Positions 50,399 to 61,599 of a stretch of 64,000 nucleotides of DNA are shown piece by piece. The notes beneath the pieces were generated by a model. That model ran no database searches, was not told the DNA's origin, and saw only the letters and a list, made by a program, of their open reading frames with translations. Numbering within the stretch: the first letter of the stretch is position 1; every line of letters begins with the position of its first letter. This stretch comes from Raillietiella orientalis. Its lineage: Eukaryota. The stretch is from contig JAYWIR010000007.1 of NCBI GenBank assembly GCA_036172245.1, positions 3,844,001 through 3,908,000 on the forward strand, given 5' to 3'. The translations under genes were made by a program, and so were the position numbers.

Positions 50399-52806
50399 AT
50401 GCTCAGTAGGACAGTCAGGCTGCCTTGGCAGCTAAAGAATGTGTTTTTTAATTCAAAAGTACGGTTTAATGTACCTTATGAACCTTTTACAAAATTTTGG
50501 CGTGATCTTCACTTGGCTGTACCTTTAATGGGTAGGCAGGTTATTTACGAAAGAAAAAAAAGATCTTCAGTCTAAGCACAGCAAATACTAATGCCGGCAT
50601 TGTCCCCAACCATGAATGATGGCACGCTGGTTAAATGGCTCAAAAAAGAAGGAGATCGGTTGCAACCTGGAGATACATTGTGTGAAATTCAAACAGATAA
50701 AGCTATTATGCCATTTGATGTTGAAGAGGACTGTGTTCTTGCAAAGATATTGGTAATATTTGGTGCTCGTAGTATAATTCGCTTTAGGTACCAGAAAATA
50801 CAAAAAACGTGCCTGTTGGAAGACTAATTGCTGTACTGGTTGACCTTGATGAAGATTGGAAATCAGTTTCAATTCCTGAAGAAATGTCTACCAATACCAC
50901 TTCTTCAGCGCCCACAGATGTCTCAGGCACAGGTATCTACGGATGCAAACATTTTGAATGCTATCTGGGTTTAGTGGAAGGACAGCAAATAGCAATGCCA
51001 GCTCTTTCACCTACTATGTCAGAAGGCACTTTGTTAAGGTGGTTGAAGCAAGAAGGAGAGTCATTTCAGCCTGGGGATGTTCTGTGTGAGATTCAGACTG
51101 ATAAGGCCGTCATGCCTTTTGAACTGGAAGAAGAAGGCATACTGGCAAAAATCTTGGTAATTCATGAATAATAATTTTGAGTATTGTTATTGTATTACCA
51201 AGATGAAATATTTACGTAGATACCTGCTGATACGAAAAATGTCCCAGTTGGAAAAATTCTTTGCATTACTGTTGGATCTGATGAAGACTGGAAAGCAGTG
51301 AAGGTACCTAAAGATGCTTTGAAGTCTCAAGATGCTTCTAGTCCTTCACAAGAAACATCAGGAACAAGTATGTCATGCTGATCTTCCAATGCTAAGTTTC
51401 GTCTTTCAACAGTTCAAGGACAGACATTATTGATGCCAGCTCTTTCTCCAACAATGAGTGATGGCACATTGGTAAAATGGCACAAGAAAGAAGGTGATGA
51501 AATAAAGCCAGGGGATGTCCTATGTGATATACAAACAGACAAGGCAGTCATGCCTTTTGAGGTAGAAGAGGAAGGCCTTCTTGCAAAAATTTTGGTAAGA
51601 GTGCTTTCAAGCTAACTTAGTTTTTTGGGGTTGGTTAGGTGTCTGAAGGCACTCAAAAAGTTGCTGTAGGGAGCCTGCTAGCTCTTATGGTGGCTCCTGG
51701 TGAAGATTGGAGAAAGGTGCAGATACCTGTTGATCCTATGCTCCAAGTTTCCTCTGAGAAAAGTGCTGCTCCTGGCGTCATTTCTGAGTTGGGTATCCAA
51801 GCACTCTTCTAAATTCAAATTTTTTGTGTAGTGCAAGTCAGGTTTCCCAGGACAAACGTAATATTGTGGAAGAAAAGATTTCTTCCAGAGGGGCTCAGGA
51901 ACAATCTGGGAAAGCAGAAGCTATGGGTGACTCAGGATATGAACTCCAACTAGACATAAGTATGGCACCTAAATTGAGTGAGCCTTCTGGACCACACCTT
52001 AGTAGGGCTGGTGCTAAGTTTAAAGACATTGAACTCACTAATATCCGCATAGTTATTGGCCAACGATTAACTCAGTCTAAGGTAAATAATAAATCTAGGT
52101 TGAAAGTGTAAAGGGCTGGATGCTTACTCATAGATGACCATCCCTCATGCTTACATGACTCTTGACTGCCCAACAGATTCTTTGAACAATCTTGTAGAGG
52201 ACCTTAAATCTAATGGGTTTCCTCTTTCCATCAACGATATACTGATTAAAGCCACTGCCCTAACACTACGTCTTTGCCCAGAAGTAAATGCCATTCGTCA
52301 AGGGAATCAGGTTACTAGATGTGCAGAAACAGATGTTAGTGTTGCTGTAGCCACAGATCGTGGTCTCATCACGCCAATTGTCAAAAATGCCTCTAGACTC
52401 AATCTGCTACAGATTTCCCAATGTATGAAAGATTTGGTTTCCCGAGCACGGCAGGGCAGGTTGCAGTTACAGGAATTCCAAGGGGGAAGTTTCACGTAAG
52501 TCAGATAAACACATGGTATTAAATAATTATGTCGTGTTTAGAATTTCGAACTTAGGAATGTTTGGAATTCGAGAGTTTCAAGGCATTATCAATCTTCCCC
52601 AGTGTGCCTTGATTGCTCTAGGCAGCTCACGTGCTGTACTTGATCCTTCTACTTTGTCACCTTCTAGGGTCATGACAAGTACATTATGCTATGATAGCAT
52701 GGCCGTAACTCCGGATTCTGCGAGTAATTTTCTAATCACTTTTCGAGAAGTTTTACAGAATTCATCATTGCTGACTGTAGGAGTTAAGAGAAAAGCTGCA
52801 TTGTAA
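50399..52806 (+). CDS. PDHX: Pyruvate dehydrogenase protein X (E3BP)-like protein with three lipoyl domains, about 10 exons
   Basis: Transit-like N-terminus; three MPALSPTM..C(E/D)IQTDKA..AKIL domains; E2-type core [19 protein letters not shown]; catalytic DHR motif reads DSM. Confidence 0.88.
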
Positions 52807-53149
52807 TTTAACTACGTAATAAAGTGTCAGTAATGCCACTGTCGTTTCCATCATTTCAATTGCACATCAGCTCCTATTCAACCAGAGACCCTTTGTATTT
52901 GGCTACCTAATGAACTTCCGTCGCGCCACTGTACGTTTCGTCTCTGATTCAGTTTTTGGTAGTGCTACTTAATTGGAAAATTAATTTTTTATTTTGCACC
53001 CTTAAGAATTCATTGTCAATTTACAATGTCAATGTTGAGGAATTATGCACCGATTTTCGATAATATTACGCTTCGTACGTCTATGAAGCTCTGTTACCGA
53101 CTGCGGAAACGGCAACTTTCTTAGTAGCTATGTTTTCGCATTCGTTGTG

Positions 53150-54300
53150 TTTTGCTAATTACTTTTCGTTGCTTCGAAATAGCCTTCCTATGCTTGCCCA
53201 CAGGCATGTCAGCGCTGCAATGGGTCGTCAGGGCAGCTCTGGAACACATTTCCCTCAGTGTTTGGCCTCGTAACGCCTGCCATCATGGTTTATTAGTCAA
53301 CATAGCGGTGATGGGCTTTGATTGCTCGTTGCAGTTGGGGACCCAGAATAAAATAGCACGGATAAATATAAATCCAAGAACTGATGAGGATACGGAGACA
53401 CTAATTTGCATTGGCGGCAGTGCCAATTAAGTGGATAGCCCAACGGACATAGGTGCGTGAATGTGCAGGAGTGACCAATTCTCCTGCCGTCCTCAACCTA
53501 CACACCTCAGAATACTCAACTAGAACTCCTGTCTGAACTACTTTTCCCTGATTTACGAATTGGTTATGTATTATAATTCCCAAAGCAAAAGTCACTGTTT
53601 TCGAAACATACCACAAACTTGACTGCGAAGGAGAAGAGTGGGCACTTTTCCCTTCTGAACTCCGTCGTTTGAAAGTTGAATTGTATGCACCAGTTTTCAT
53701 ACCCAGCCACAATGGTAGACGGGAGTGCACCATCACAAAAGTTTTCACATTTCAGAACAATAACTTCTTTCTTCACTTTGTCGGCTGCTGGGCACATGAG
53801 CCTAGCTTTCCAATTCTTTTCATCTCGATCGGGATGAATGTGTCTAAACACGTTCCGAAGAGAGAGAAGTCTACTTGTGTTCTCCGGCAAACAAAGAGAT
53901 TCGATTTTCCGTTGCATCCGTTTCCTAAGAAAACCTTCAGAGTCTCATAGAGACATGCATCCATGCGTGGAAATAGCGATACCTATATTTTCTTGCACCA
54001 AACTCCTGCCAGTTCACTCCTGGTGAGAATTGTCGAAAGATACGGGTACCTGCTGATGCTAAGCCCAGTTTCGCCTGGATTGGCTTTTCTCGAACAAAAC
54101 TTACCGACAGGTGATGATAAAATCTTTTGTTGTCTATTTTCTAGCATCCATTCCATTGGAATAATCAAGATTCAGGAAGTCCCCCATGTTTCATGGGTGC
54201 AATCAAATGTTGAAATGCTTTTGACCACGAAGCAGTTCACAGGCAGAGAGAGCTATCTTCAAGGTATCGACTAATGAAGAGAACAGTAAAGGCATGTCCG
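53150..54300 (-). mobile_element. Old L1-like RT remnant
   Basis: RKANPGETGLS (KxPGxDG-like), AADKVKKEVI, RREKCPLFSF (RQGCPLS-like). Confidence 0.55.
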
Positions 54301-54559
54301 TGCACTTTGTAGAAAAGTTCATAGAGATTTATATCGATTCATGGAGTGCAATCAAAGGTTATTTCCCACATATAACTTGCCAGGAACAACACTGACAGTG
54401 TCTTCCAGGGTATGAAGAGAGCAGTTCAATCAAAGGTATGAATAAAGGAAATATATATATATATACGTTCTGAGGAATGAGTTGACATCCTTCAAAGACT
54501 CCATGGGAATCGGCAGTCGATCAGTGAGTGCGACATTCTTCTCTTCATGTACTACCTCT

Positions 54560-55700
54560 CTCAAGACGATGCACCACGCACTCTTTGGGCAGCAGATCGT
54601 GCCACGAAACTGTCATGGACTGCAAATCTCAAACCTAAAACCACGGTAAATCTTTCTCTCAAGAAATGGCGATAATATGAACGAAAAATTGGAACTGACC
54701 AAAAGTGAGACGTTAATCTGCTGCCTGCAGCACTCGCCTCATTGGAACCTGAAGGTCTGAGAAGAAATTCAAAATCGAAAATGCTGAAGACACTCTGCAG
54801 GTCCAACAGCAGGTGTGAGATGGTCTCCTTCCTCCCGAACCTGTCGCCCTGAGCGCCCACGCTCCTCCTTCCCCTCCCCCCCTTGTCCAGTGGTGGAGGT
54901 GCGCTTTGCACGGCATTCCTACACGAAACACCAGCAGCGCCAACAACCGCCATTCGAGGGCGGGTGCTCGAGAACGAGGGAAATCCTTTGGGGTTCTTCT
55001 CTTTCCCTGTTTTCCTTCCAGCTCTGTTTTTTCTTTTTGGTAAAGAGCTGAGGAACTCTTCGCCTCCTCTAACCTCTTTAAACATTGCCCACTCCTACCA
55101 AGGGTGCCTGTTACTTCATTTGAGGGCAACCTTGCAGGAACTACTCTGTGGATCCAGGAAGGCTCCAGAGGAAGGAGTCCGTTCCTCTCTTACTCTTGGG
55201 AAGAAACCTCGAAGGGAGCCCTGGCCCTGACTATCTCAGAAAGGGATCCTGAAGGAATCCTCTTCTTCCTTGTTCTCTCCAAAGAAATCCTCCGAAGGAG
55301 GGGGGCACTCCATATTTCTTCTCAAGAGGGAACCCGGAAAGGATCTGCTTCTGAAATTTCTCCACCGAAGAGAACCTGCTGGAGAACTGTTCCTTGTTTT
55401 TTACTCCTCTGAAAGGAACTCTTCAAGAGACGGTTTTCAATTTCTCTGAAGGACTTTCCCCGAAGGGAGCAGAGAGCTCCCTGACACTCTGGAGAGGCAA
55501 ATCCCAAAGGGATGTACCAACCAGCTCCATGGTACGCGATATAGAGGGTTTCTCCGAAGAATGGTACGGCTCCACTTCCACAACTGGAGGGGAACACTCA
55601 ATGGAACCGGTTCCTTGGTTTTAAAAATGGACCTGGCGGGTCGACAACCAATCTGACCAGCCAAAGAGGGACAATCGGTTTCCGGCTTCCACCAGTGCCG
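54560..55700 (-). mobile_element. LINE ORF2 C-terminal fragment
   Basis: PALEWRLLALLVFRVGMPCKAHLHHWTRGG..KETISHLLLD, homologous to the 5.55-5.70 kb region. Confidence 0.75.
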
Positions 55701-55719
55701 CATCCCTCCTCCTCCCTTC

Positions 55720-57815
55720 ATCCTTTTTGACTGCAGTTTTTCTGGTTTGTTTTTCTCTTTTTGTTTGTCTTTCCTTCCCTCGTGCTGCCGAGGCTCACCC
55801 TGCTGGCCTGCGTGCCAGATCCCGGCAGGTGCTTTTTCGTATTCATAAGTAAAGTGGTTGGATCACACGTCCTGCCACAGACATATAGGTGTGTTTTATA
55901 AATAAACGCCCCGGCGTGACCGGGTGTCAACCAGTGCCGCATCCTCGACGCCGCACCGACATGTTCTCTGTTCGCTCCGCGGGTGGTGTATCGACTGCTC
56001 TTTCTTAAGTGGTTCGTGTAGATTTGGTGATGGCGAAGGCAGCCATGCCTGACACCGCCACCAACGAAGACCGGAGGAAGATGCCCGCATCTCCCCCTGA
56101 GACTATGTAAGTGGCCTATGTAAGTGGGGGGTGCCCGCCCCCACAGAATCGTCCCTTGCACCAGTAACGGCTTGGAATGCCGTGGCCATGGCCTCGTCGC
56201 CGGCAGCCATGGCTGAATAAAAGGCCAATATTGAGGAGGGTTACAATCCAGTCCTCCTCTACAAGTTAGGTCACTTGTACACTCCAAAGAGCGCGGTCAC
56301 CTTCTCGAAGGCGATGTATGCGGACGGCATCCGACAAGAGGAGCTTCGTGGGATGACCGTCCTGAGCGGGGGTCAGGACGTTGAGGTGGTCTGCAGGCAG
56401 ACAGACCTTGCCCAACGACTGCTGAGGACTCCCATTGCTATGGAAAGCAGGGAGCTCCTCCCGATCATGTTGGACCGTTCGATGGTGGTCCACCTTCTTG
56501 GAATAACGTTGCAGATATCCAAGGAGATCGTCCGCAACAAACTCGAGATATATGGTACGGTCCAACCACTGTGGGCGAAGCCCTCTCCTTTTGTGAAACA
56601 CCTCGAGTTTCTGGAGGGCCTCACGGTAGCGCGAATCACCATGCGCGAGGGCTGTGGGTTACCTCACAAGCTAAGGTCTCCAGGGAACTGGTAGACCTGT
56701 GGTACATGGGGAAACCCAAGTATTGCTCGCACTGCAACGCTTCAGACCATCTCAAAAAGGGGTACCTGAATGTGCAGTGCCAGCAGTGCCACTCCACGGG
56801 GCACACCAGTACGGTGTGCCCGCAAAGTATCGTCCGCGTCGCGTCTGACAGAAATGTGAAAAAGCTCGCGGCTAAAAAACAGAAAAAAATCGGTAGCGCG
56901 AACCGCCAAACAAACTGCTATCTCCGTGTCACCAGCCGAGGCTGCTGAATCAACCTCAGCCGAAAGGGCAGAAAAGGTTGAGGGGGACATCCAGGAAGGA
57001 TGACAGGTGGCTAAGAATAAAAAAAGCCTGAAGAAGGCTGAAAACGCAAAAGGGATCACGACCCGCAGCGAAAATCCACCTCGTCGCGAAAAAGCAAAGA
57101 GCTGCCGCGTGACTGTTGACCGGATCTTGGCGATCGACCAGTGCGGAGCCCCTGAACTCGCCGCTGCCGCGCCACCCTCCCAAAGAACAAACGAGGGAAG
57201 CGAGGCGGCGCCGTCCGTCGGGAACGACGTAACTCTAGAACGAGCGATGGAAGAGGTCGCCGCCGCTCTGCCACCGCCCTCTCAGGCTCCGAAAAAGGGC
57301 TTGAGGGATCCGGACTCTACGAAGGGGTCCGAGATCTCGGACTCCGACGCAGAAGCCGAGAAAGCATCTTCCGCCGCGTAAGCATCTCGCCGGAAGTCTG
57401 GAGCCCAGTCCAAGACTAGTCGGAGGCACATCTCCCCCGTCGAAGGGGAAGAGTTCGCCTCCTGCAGTGAGGGTGCAATGATCGTGGGCACTCGGGACTC
57501 CTTACCCGAGAACGTCCCACTCCCCGCCAGGGAGGAGATGGAGGGGGTGGAGACCATCCAGGTGTCTCAGGCGCTCATCTTCCCCGAAAACCTACCTCCT
57601 ACTCAGGTGGGGTGGGGGTGGGGGGGGGTCGACACGCCACTTTTCCAGCATTAATGCCGGGAATCGCTTCTCACCGTCATCTGCGGATCGCCTGTTGGAA
57701 CGTGAACGGGGCATGCAATGACGGCAAGAGGCGGGACGTGGCCGCCATCCTGCCGTCCTTCGACCTTGTGCTTCTGCAGGAGTTACACGTCATTTCCGGA
57801 GCATAAGCGCAGGAG
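55720..57815 (+). mobile_element. LINE 3' module followed by leader, ORF1 and the start of the APE endonuclease
   Basis: VVHLLGI..EIVRNKLEIYGTV (RRM-like), CSHCNASDH and CQQCHSTGHTSTVC knuckles, LRIACWNVNG..DLVLLQELH. Confidence 0.85.
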
Positions 57816-59760
57816 ATTTCTCATCCGGTCACGCTGAGGCGTTTATTTCATATAATATAAACAAGAAAAATCACAATTCTATAAAATAAACCAGTTGGGA
57901 ACCAGGCTTCCAACCGACGACTGGACAAGGATCAAGAGAATTTTCCTGGAACGCAGGCCGGAATAACAGAGTTCGGAACGGTGTGTGGGGTCGGGGAAAA
58001 GAAACAGATAAAAACAAAAGAAAAACAATGAATGGGGGAGATCGGGACAAGGGTCTTTGGACTTGCTCTGGAAGGCACCGGGATATAAGTAATAGCACCG
58101 GGAGTTCAACAGAGCGAACGGGGATGGGATATAGGTGGGCGAGAGGTCACAGGGGTCACCGGATTACGACGGTCTGAAGAGTTTGTAAACCGGCGATGGA
58201 TGCAGGCGATGTCCTCTTTCACCTCGTCACGAAGATGAGGCCGCCTTGCAGCCTTCTCCATGTATTCAGCTGCAAGCAGGTGTGCCTCCCTTCGCTGCGC
58301 TGACAACTCCAGGGCGTAGCGGCGGGCCTTGACGATGGCGCGAATGCAATACATGGTTGCGACAATCACGCCTACCGAAAGTCCATTCCTGCTGAAGAAG
58401 TGTCGCAGCACATCCATGGCGGTGCCTCCCTGCGGCATGATGGCTGAAATCGGCCTTCGCCGCAGTTCACGGAAGTTACCGCAGTCCAGCAAGAGGTGCG
58501 GAAAAGACTCGATCTCTCCGCACCTCAAACAGTTTGGCGAAGCAGCTCCCCCGGAAACGATGCTTCGCTGCCGATTACAATGGAATCCCCCGTGTAAAAA
58601 CAGCAGCACATCTTGTTTCCATTTTAAAGGGAACACGGAGCTGTCCAAACAAACATAGGGAACCACTACCTCTTCGGGGGCGCACTTAAAAGATCGCTTC
58701 ACCGAAGCAGGCCCTTCTCCCGATTTCGAGGAGTGGCAGGTTGCACCAGCTCCTTTGTCGTCCAGCCACCAAGGAGCTTAGAAACTCCTGCAATTGTGAA
58801 GGAGAACTCCCATACTGCCGGTTGGCAACTGTCATTGCTTGCCCTAAGGGCAGACAGAGCTGCGGCGAGGGGTGTGGCGGACAGACTTCTTGTCCTGCAT
58901 GACTACGCCGAGGGGATCGCTCAAGAGAAGTCGCAGGCGTCGAAGATCTTCCTGGCGCATTCCTTCGGAAGCGGCCCACGATGCAAAAGATTTCTGCCGC
59001 CATGCATTAATGTTCATGGGGCGGCAGGAAATCCAACTTTGGGCTTCCATCAGAGAGGACAGCTGCCTCAGCGGGAAGCCAAACCCTTTCCTGGTGTGCC
59101 GAAAGTGGGGCAGCAACGAAAGTAGTCCATCGCTGTCCGTGCAGCGTCTTAGTAGAAGGCGCGCGGGTAAGCACCACGGCGTACACCAGAGCTTGGCACA
59201 GAGCCGCAGCACACGAAGCTGCACCTGCAGCTCGCTGCTGTTCATGTCGAGGATGCCTGCATCCTGACGCGGCGTCACCAAGTCTGCATCCTGACGCGGC
59301 GCCACCAAGTCTTTCAGTCTGACCCGGGACCTTGCAGCACCCCACAACGTTTTGCGTAGAAACCGCTGCGCCCAGTTCTTGACTTCCTGGGGAAGTGGGC
59401 AAACAAAAAACGGGGGGCGGAGGAGGGGAGCACCGAAGGTGTTCCATATACTGGCCGGTTCCGGCAAGACGAACTCGCCACAGGCGGATCCAGTCGGGCT
59501 GCCCCAATAAACAGAGATCGAATGGAGGAAGACGGGAACTTCGTCCCTTCGGGACGGGAAGATTCTTCGCTTTCCGGAGCCAGGGAAAGGAAGAAAAGGC
59601 TCGCCATCTTGCGGCAGGCCCGCCCGGTGATGGCGGGCACTTCACACACGAAGACGTCCGCAAAAGGCCTGCCGAGCGGTGCAGCGCGTCAACCGGTAAG
59701 AGGGGCGCCAATACGGTTGTCCAAGAAGCAGGTGGACGGCCGCAGATGCAGGGGCTTTGA
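57816..59760 (-). mobile_element. L1/Tx1-like ORF2 3' half plus 3' module
   Basis: RPFADVFV, IWNTF..FLRKTLWG..LVAPRQDAG, FLHGGFHC..NCLRCGEIESFPHLLLDC, T-rich tract, AATAAA and terminal motif. Confidence 0.85.
59258..59311. repeat. 27-bp tandem duplication with one mismatch
   Basis: tgcatcctgacgcggcg(t/c)caccaagtc twice; encodes DLVAPRQDA/DLVTPRQDA on the minus strand. Confidence 0.9.
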
Positions 59761-60549
59761 ACTTGAAGTAATGATTGCGTGATTGATTGAACCCTAATTT
59801 AGCGGGGGTGATGCGAGTGATTCTTCTTTCGGGGTTGTAGTGCAGCACAGCATTTACAGTGAGCGGGCGGAGCAGTGGGCCGCGTGCCTCGAACCTGAGG
59901 ATGGTGGAGCAGAATGAACGAATGGTCCGATTTCGAAGGAATGGTATTCATTCTTTAGGCACTATTTTCATGGGTTGTGTGAAGTTGCTCCGAAAGGACT
60001 GCTGCCGATTGTTCAACAGCGGAAATTTGTTTTGCACCATATATGCTAGAAGGGTACGATCAGGATGATTAAGAGGAATAGTTATGGAACACCTGTGAAG
60101 TGCCCATCTCAAAAGGAAGATTAAAGCAATCGAGTGAATATTTGAAATAGGGAGTCAGATAAGGCCAGCAAAGGCCATGGAGTATTGCGTCAACAAGCGC
60201 GGTGATGTAATGGGGAATTGAAGCAGGAAACATCCTCGTGAATAGGAGACAGATGGGGACGGTAATGATTAGGGAAGTCAAATTAAAAAGGAACATCTCT
60301 TTTAAAAAAAGGGGAACACGGAATTTTGTGATTTCTCTGCAGCATTCGCTCCTAACAAACCGATTGCGTTGAGGCGGGGTGCTGCTTCGGTGTGCAATAC
60401 GGTTTTGTCAACGGGGTTTGAGTTAAAGCCGGATTGTGAGTGAGCCCGGCACGGGAAGAAATGAACAGAAGATGAAAGCGAGTTAGAAGCCTTCTGGGAA
60501 GAGAAATGCAATGATTGGAAATTGGAAAATTTTTAGTATTCTTGTGAAA

Positions 60550-61450
60550 AGGGTACTTGGAAATCGATACTCTCGTTTCGATTCTTTCTCTTCCAGGCAA
60601 CACATCAACGCAGATACCCTGAAGAGTGCAAGTTGGGTGTGTTTCCTGCATGCGTAACAGGTCAGGGAGAGGGGTATGGATGGCGGTTAGGGAGAATGAA
60701 GGATGAATCATGGATGCTCATTGGTGGAGGAGGAATGGTTGGTGGATTGGTATTGCATCGATATTTTCATGTACTTACAGGTTCTGTAAGTGAAGTTGTA
60801 AGTATGGATGAGGACCGTGGCTAATTTATAAAGATCTGCTTGAAAGGGATAGAGATGAGCTTTGGGTATTGGAGAGTGTAAGAATTTGGACACATATGCC
60901 AGTTAAAGTGGTCACATGCGACTGAATCTCAGAGGGATACCCGTTGAATGATGGATGTTCAGGTTTCGAAAAGTAGAAGGGGAGACATAGGGTCAGTATT
61001 TTCTTTTTCTTGGTATGTGGAATGGTATGTGAGATGAATGTTGAATGCTTCAGCAAGTTTGCATGGAAAGTGAAAATGGAAGGATGCAAAAAAAAGAGCA
61101 GATGATGGGAATGCATACGGGGCAAATGTGGCTTGATTTTAGATAATGATGAAAACTAGTGCAATGAAGATGGTGATTGAAAGGGCGTTGGAAGAGCCAA
61201 CTTAGTTAATGCGATGGTTTTCGATAGTGAATGGATTCTAGTTACGAGTCTGCACAGAGGGCCTTTGTGTAGGGATAGTAAAAGTTTTGAGGACTGAAGT
61301 TTGCATGGACGGATGATAATGGATATAGGAAGATGGAATATACATATATATGTATATACATATCTGGTGGAGGGATGAAACATGGACAGCGAAGAAGAGA
61401 TGGAGTACATCATGAGTTTTCTGTTCCAATGTGCGGTACGCAGGCAGACG
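60550..61450 (-). mobile_element. Possible very old Jockey/I-like RT remnant
   Basis: Strong strand skew; weak motif echoes LHKGP..RI..LSK, NGYPSEI, LQGICVD. Confidence 0.25.
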
Positions 61451-61599
61451 TATTTACGAAACGGGATGTGAAGAGCATGATTAGATGGAAGATGGCAGCT
61501 CTAGAAAAGCGAAGGACATAAAGCCAACCTGTGGGTACTAGGTGTGGAATAGAATCACTTACATGACTGTCAAAATTTCGGTATTCCCACTCGAGAAGG

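Noticed and set aside
56266..56601. VADD in a minus-strand ORF suggesting an RT catalytic motif
   Set aside because: It is the antisense of the clear plus-strand ORF1 and has no other RT motifs
57606..57628. G-run or G-quadruplex at the ORF1/EN boundary
   Set aside because: Not seen at equivalent positions in other copies; homopolymer lengths are unreliable
59860..59900. GGTTCGAGGC B-box-like motif on the minus strand (tRNA or SINE)
   Set aside because: No A-box at suitable spacing and no cloverleaf
61338..61357. 20-bp perfect palindrome atatacatatatatgtatat
   Set aside because: Low-complexity (AT)n microsatellite context
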